The translations under genes and the position numbers were made by a program. The notes under the pieces were generated by a model. That model searched no databases. It was not told where the DNA came from and saw only the letters and a list, made by a program, of their open reading frames with translations. Positions 33,246 through 36,226 of a DNA stretch of 36,226 nucleotides are shown here, piece after piece. The stretch comes from a virus, in the IMG/VR virus record IMGVR_UViG_3300045988_120291, positions 1-36,226 of that record; one strand, given 5' to 3'. Positions within the stretch are counted from its first letter, which is position 1. The number at the start of each line of letters is the position of its first letter.

Positions 33246-33548
33246 CTACCGGGGCTGTGTTCCACTATAGCTGCCGTATTCGATTGCGGCGTTTGTGAGC
33301 GCGGCATGAGCGGGGGTGTCAGACGTGCCGTATTCCTTGTGGATTGCTGTTTCGTCGTTGTCTACGACGCGTACTGTTAGGCCGTCTGATTCCACTGCGA
33401 TGCCGTCCCTATATCGGCCGGTGAGTACGGGTGCGGCGGCGCGGGCGTTATTTGCTATCTGCGCCGCTATCTTCATTCTTTGATGGTAGGTTTCCATCCT
33501 CAGAAGCCTTGGGATTCGGCTGTGGAAGATCGTTACCTTTGCCGTCAT
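33246..33548 (-). CDS. HK97 gp10-like neck / tail completion protein. Start uncertain (33548, 33497 or 33476).
   Basis: The RAAAPVLTGRYRDGI motif resembles the HK97 gp10 family. The upstream part of the track ORF (to 33665) overlaps the previous gene and looks non-coding. Confidence 0.5.
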   Translation of the reverse strand: MTAKVTIFHSRIPRLLRMETYHQRMKIAAQIANNARAAAPVLTGRYRDGIAVESDGLTVRVVDNDETAIHKEYGTSDTPAHAALTNAAIEYGSYSGTQPR

Positions 33549-33747
33549 TTCCTGCCGCCTTTGTATCGGTGAACTCCACAATGTTGTGCACAAGTTCCTT
33601 GCGGCGTTCAGCTTCGAGGTGGAATTGCGTGCCCATGGCACAGAAGAACGTATTACCGTCTTCATCGACGCCTTTGTAAACGAGGCCGTCGGGGTCTACC
33701 GCGCCGCCGGTGTCCAACTGTTCGGCGTTGCGGATCGGGGTTGTCAT
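33448..33747 (-). CDS. Hypothetical head-tail region protein with a low-complexity C-terminus
   Basis: 99-aa ORF with a 4-nt overlap on the upstream gene. Confidence 0.45.
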   Translation of the reverse strand: MTTPIRNAEQLDTGGAVDPDGLVYKGVDEDGNTFFCAMGTQFHLEAERRKELVHNIVEFTDTKAAGNDGKGNDLPQPNPKASEDGNLPSKNEDSGADSK

Positions 33748-34145
33748 GGTTGGTTTCCTTTCTTTTCTTTCTCACGTGCACGGCGTGCACGCAGTGCAAC
33801 GTATTCAGGTGGTCGGCCTGGTATTCCACGGGGGTGGCCGTCTGACACAGCTTGCCAGACCTCACCACGTGGCCCTATGAACTCATCATTCGCCTGCACG
33901 TCCAGGTCCATGATGTTCACTAGCTCAGGTGCCCACATGATGACACGCTCATCACTCACGGTTGTGGGTGTGACTTCCTTGTTTCCGGTCCACAGTGCTT
34001 CCTGTACTAGGCCCCGGCCGGGTTGATCTTCCACGCCCCCCGGCCTGGTGTTACCGGTCGCAGGGTCGATGGTCGGCGGCAGACGCCGCCGATACGTCCA
34101 ACCCGGCTGAAAAAGCACTGTTGCGCTGGCGTAGCGTGGAGGCAT
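33744..34145 (-). CDS. Head closure / head-tail adaptor protein
   Basis: 133-aa ORF in the head-tail joining block, with a 1-nt overlap on the upstream gene. Confidence 0.5.
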   Translation of the reverse strand: MPPRYASATVLFQPGWTYRRRLPPTIDPATGNTRPGGVEDQPGRGLVQEALWTGNKEVTPTTVSDERVIMWAPELVNIMDLDVQANDEFIGPRGEVWQAVSDGHPRGIPGRPPEYVALRARRAREKEKKGNQP

Positions 34146-34549
34146 CAGCGCACCACACTATCCGGCAGCACCGGCTTTGCCCGCCACCGCACCGAGCCGA
34201 CCTTGCGGCTAGCCGGGGGGGTGAGCAGCTTCACCTCGTCAAGGGTAAGCCACAGGGCATTTCCCTGCCCCATCCCCCCCGATTCCCACTCCATCGCGGC
34301 CTCCGGGTAGGACAACTTCGACAAACCGCCGCGATCTTCACTATCAAGGTAACGTGCCACCATGTCGATAACCACGGCTTCCACAACGCCGCGTGACAGC
34401 TTGCCTGTTTCTACGCGGCGGCGGGTCTGTGGAAACCGTGTGTCGATGATTCCCTCGGCCTGAGCGGCGCGGCGCATGGCCTCATCCACACGCCCAGGAT
34501 CAAGGCCCGGCCACGCAGTCAGTGCATGTGTGGACAAGTAGTGCAGCAT
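34145..34549 (-). CDS. Head-tail connector protein
   Basis: 134-aa ORF; its start overlaps the upstream stop (TAATG). Assigned by position. Confidence 0.5.
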   Translation of the reverse strand: MLHYLSTHALTAWPGLDPGRVDEAMRRAAQAEGIIDTRFPQTRRRVETGKLSRGVVEAVVIDMVARYLDSEDRGGLSKLSYPEAAMEWESGGMGQGNALWLTLDEVKLLTPPASRKVGSVRWRAKPVLPDSVVR

Positions 34550-34869
34550 TAGGCCACAGCCTCACCGGCGATTAGCTTAGCTGCCAAAACACGCAGCTCC
34601 TCGACTGTCATGCCAGCGACGATTTCACCGCGCGCAGTTAGCCACTCTTCCAGGGCCTTTTTGTTGGCTTTCGCCGGGTCGAATGGCTCATCCATAGCTG
34701 TATCAACCGTCGGCGCTGGATCGCCCTCACCGTCGATTGTGTAGCCATGACGGCGGTAATATTCCAGGTCTGCATCATCCACGACCTGACATACGCCATT
34801 GACGAAAATATCGTGCCCAACCGACCCGGTGTACTCAGGGTTAGGGCACCGTACTGTATGCAAAGCCAT
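34549..34869 (-). CDS. Hypothetical protein downstream of the capsid gene, with a C-terminal SAP/HeH-like helix pair
   Basis: 106-aa ORF. LEEWLTARGEIVAGMTVEELRVLAAKL resembles a Rho-N/SAP-like motif. Confidence 0.5.
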   Translation of the reverse strand: MALHTVRCPNPEYTGSVGHDIFVNGVCQVVDDADLEYYRRHGYTIDGEGDPAPTVDTAMDEPFDPAKANKKALEEWLTARGEIVAGMTVEELRVLAAKLIAGEAVA

Positions 34870-34870
34870 T

Positions 34871-35857
34871 TTAGCCCACCTTCACATTTCGCAGAACAGC
34901 GGCGGCGCGGGTGTTTTTCAGCGCCACAGCAAGCGGCCCCATTTCCACCTCGCCGATCTTCACAGCACCAGCCGTTGTGTAATCCGGTAGCCACGTCTGA
35001 ACCAGCGGCTGACCCGTGACGGTCACACCGTGGAAAGCGTCAAGACCGAGACGCACAACATAGATGCTGGTCTTACCGGCAGTGGTCGGAATGATCAGAT
35101 CACCCGAACCGGCTTTCTCGCCCGGATCAATGCACACAACACCGTTGATGATGGTGCGCTGAACAGGGTTGCCTTTATCGTCGGCAAGACCTTCCACCGG
35201 TTCAACGACGAACTGATTAGCCCGGCGCGCGGCGGCGCGCAGCTTGCCCATGGCACGCTTGTTACAGATGATGACTGAAGGGGTGCCGTTCAACTCAGCG
35301 AACAGGTCATCAAGCATGTCCAGTGCTTTGTGCGCGGCACCGGCGGCGTCCATGTCTGTGAGGTCAATATCTTTCGCACCGGCACCGGCGTTCAGCTCAG
35401 TGCTGGAGTTTTTCAGTGCCTTGTCCAGGCCGTCGAAACCGGTGGCGCGCACGGCGGTATCGCCGTTGATTACCTCATCCACAAATGAGACTGCGGCGGC
35501 TTTGACCTTTTCGGTCATCTGCAAAGCAATTTCATTCGATGCTGCAGGGCCGATGTTCGCAAGAACACGGTCCAGGCTGAACTTGCCGCCGAGCGGTTTC
35601 AGGTTCACTGTCACCTGCTCAGTGTCCACATTGTCGGCACCGTATTCCGCATTTAGGGCGCGGAAACCGGCAGTCGCGCGGGTCTTGAGGCGTCGATAAC
35701 CGTAGGTGAGTGTTGCGCCACCACCTGCGGGATTAACAGCCTGGTCAAATTCCATCATGTCCAAAAGGGCAGAGTTGCGCCTAAATACATCAATTACGAA
35801 CGGATCATAATCCGTTAGCGCATTGCGCTGCGCCATTTCTAGAGTTGTTGGGGGCAT
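34871..35857 (-). CDS. Major capsid protein (HK97-fold expected)
   Basis: 328-aa ORF after the scaffold gene, with typical size and position. Confidence 0.75.
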   Translation of the reverse strand: MPPTTLEMAQRNALTDYDPFVIDVFRRNSALLDMMEFDQAVNPAGGGATLTYGYRRLKTRATAGFRALNAEYGADNVDTEQVTVNLKPLGGKFSLDRVLANIGPAASNEIALQMTEKVKAAAVSFVDEVINGDTAVRATGFDGLDKALKNSSTELNAGAGAKDIDLTDMDAAGAAHKALDMLDDLFAELNGTPSVIICNKRAMGKLRAAARRANQFVVEPVEGLADDKGNPVQRTIINGVVCIDPGEKAGSGDLIIPTTAGKTSIYVVRLGLDAFHGVTVTGQPLVQTWLPDYTTAGAVKIGEVEMGPLAVALKNTRAAAVLRNVKVG

Positions 35858-35870
35858 CCCCTAATCCTTC

Positions 35871-36226
35871 CTATTCTCGGCCCATATTCATATTGCGGGC
35901 AATTGCTTCGGCGAATGAGCGCGGCTTTGCCGCAGCGTCCCCACCCTTCCCCTGAGTGGGGTCTTGCGGGGCACGATCAAACCCCAATGCCTTCGACAAT
36001 GCTTCTGCATCAGCGCGGCGTTCTTCCGGCGTCTCACCCATGATCCGGTGCGCCATTGTTTCAGGAATCTTGAACTCCTTGCACAATTCGCCGCGCTCAT
36101 GTTTCAGTTTCATTTCGGCGTTTTCTGCCATGAGTTTATCAACGCGGGCTTTCCACTCTTGTTCAGCGACGGCCGCACGTTCTTCCTCTGACATTTTAGA
36201 TTTTTCGTATTCATCCAGCTTTTTCT
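35871..36226 (-). CDS. Scaffolding protein, 3' (C-terminal) part. The ORF is open to the window end and continues from 290..1.
   Basis: The track ORF 35871..36194 starts at an internal Met. The frame stays open through 36226 and joins the 290..1 segment across the 55-bp overlap. Confidence 0.6.
   Translation of the reverse strand, partial: KKLDEYEKSKMSEEERAAVAEQEWKARVDKLMAENAEMKLKHERGELCKEFKIPETMAHRIMGETPEERRADAEALSKALGFDRAPQDPTQGKGGDAAAKPRSFAEAIARNMNMGRE

Noticed and set aside
34215-34280. G7 (34215..34221) and C7 (34274..34280) homopolymer tracts inside the head-tail connector gene, considered as phase-variation or frameshift sites
   Set aside because: The ORF reads through both tracts in a single frame, giving sensible peptide (LTPPAS and ESGGMGQG). 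There is no alternative-frame ORF to shift into.
1-36226. Search for integrase, repressor/Cro pair, partition genes, tRNA genes or a reverse transcriptase (DGR)
   Set aside because: None was recognised by eye in any frame. This is an absence of evidence only. tRNAscan-SE/ARAGORN and HMM searches are needed to confirm it.

Overview
The window is a complete, circularly assembled dsDNA siphovirus-type phage genome. Bases 1..55 are identical to 36172..36226, so the unique length is 36171 bp. All function calls come from motif recognition by eye and from gene order; no homology search was run.

Most genes are on the minus strand. In transcription order the late operon is: HNH endonuclease, small terminase, large terminase (split by a frame change), portal, MuF-like protein, scaffold (wraps the linearisation point), major capsid, head-tail joining genes, major tail protein, G/T-type chaperones, a 2116-aa tape measure, distal tail and minor tail proteins, a 1058-aa tail fibre with two putative glycan-degrading modules, an M23+GH25 endolysin and a holin.

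A second minus-strand block (11607 down to 5813) holds small early ORFans, a beta-class DNA methyltransferase, an HNH-motif protein and an HTH protein.

The only plus-strand block (about 11760..16243) is the most unusual part. It is an island of nine ORFans built from duplicated intergenic modules. Repeat A is a sigma70-like promoter overlapped by the palindrome TTGCGTGGCCACGCAA. Repeat B is a double-hairpin element. The same promoter-palindrome also heads two minus-strand transcription units. An AGATTGGA motif sits 7-9 nt upstream of at least eight start codons.

I could not recognise an integrase, a DNA polymerase, a primase/helicase, a tRNA or a CRISPR array. Shine-Dalgarno sequences (GGAGGTGA) and TAnnnT -10 boxes suggest a Gram-positive, probably actinobacterial host, but this is inference.
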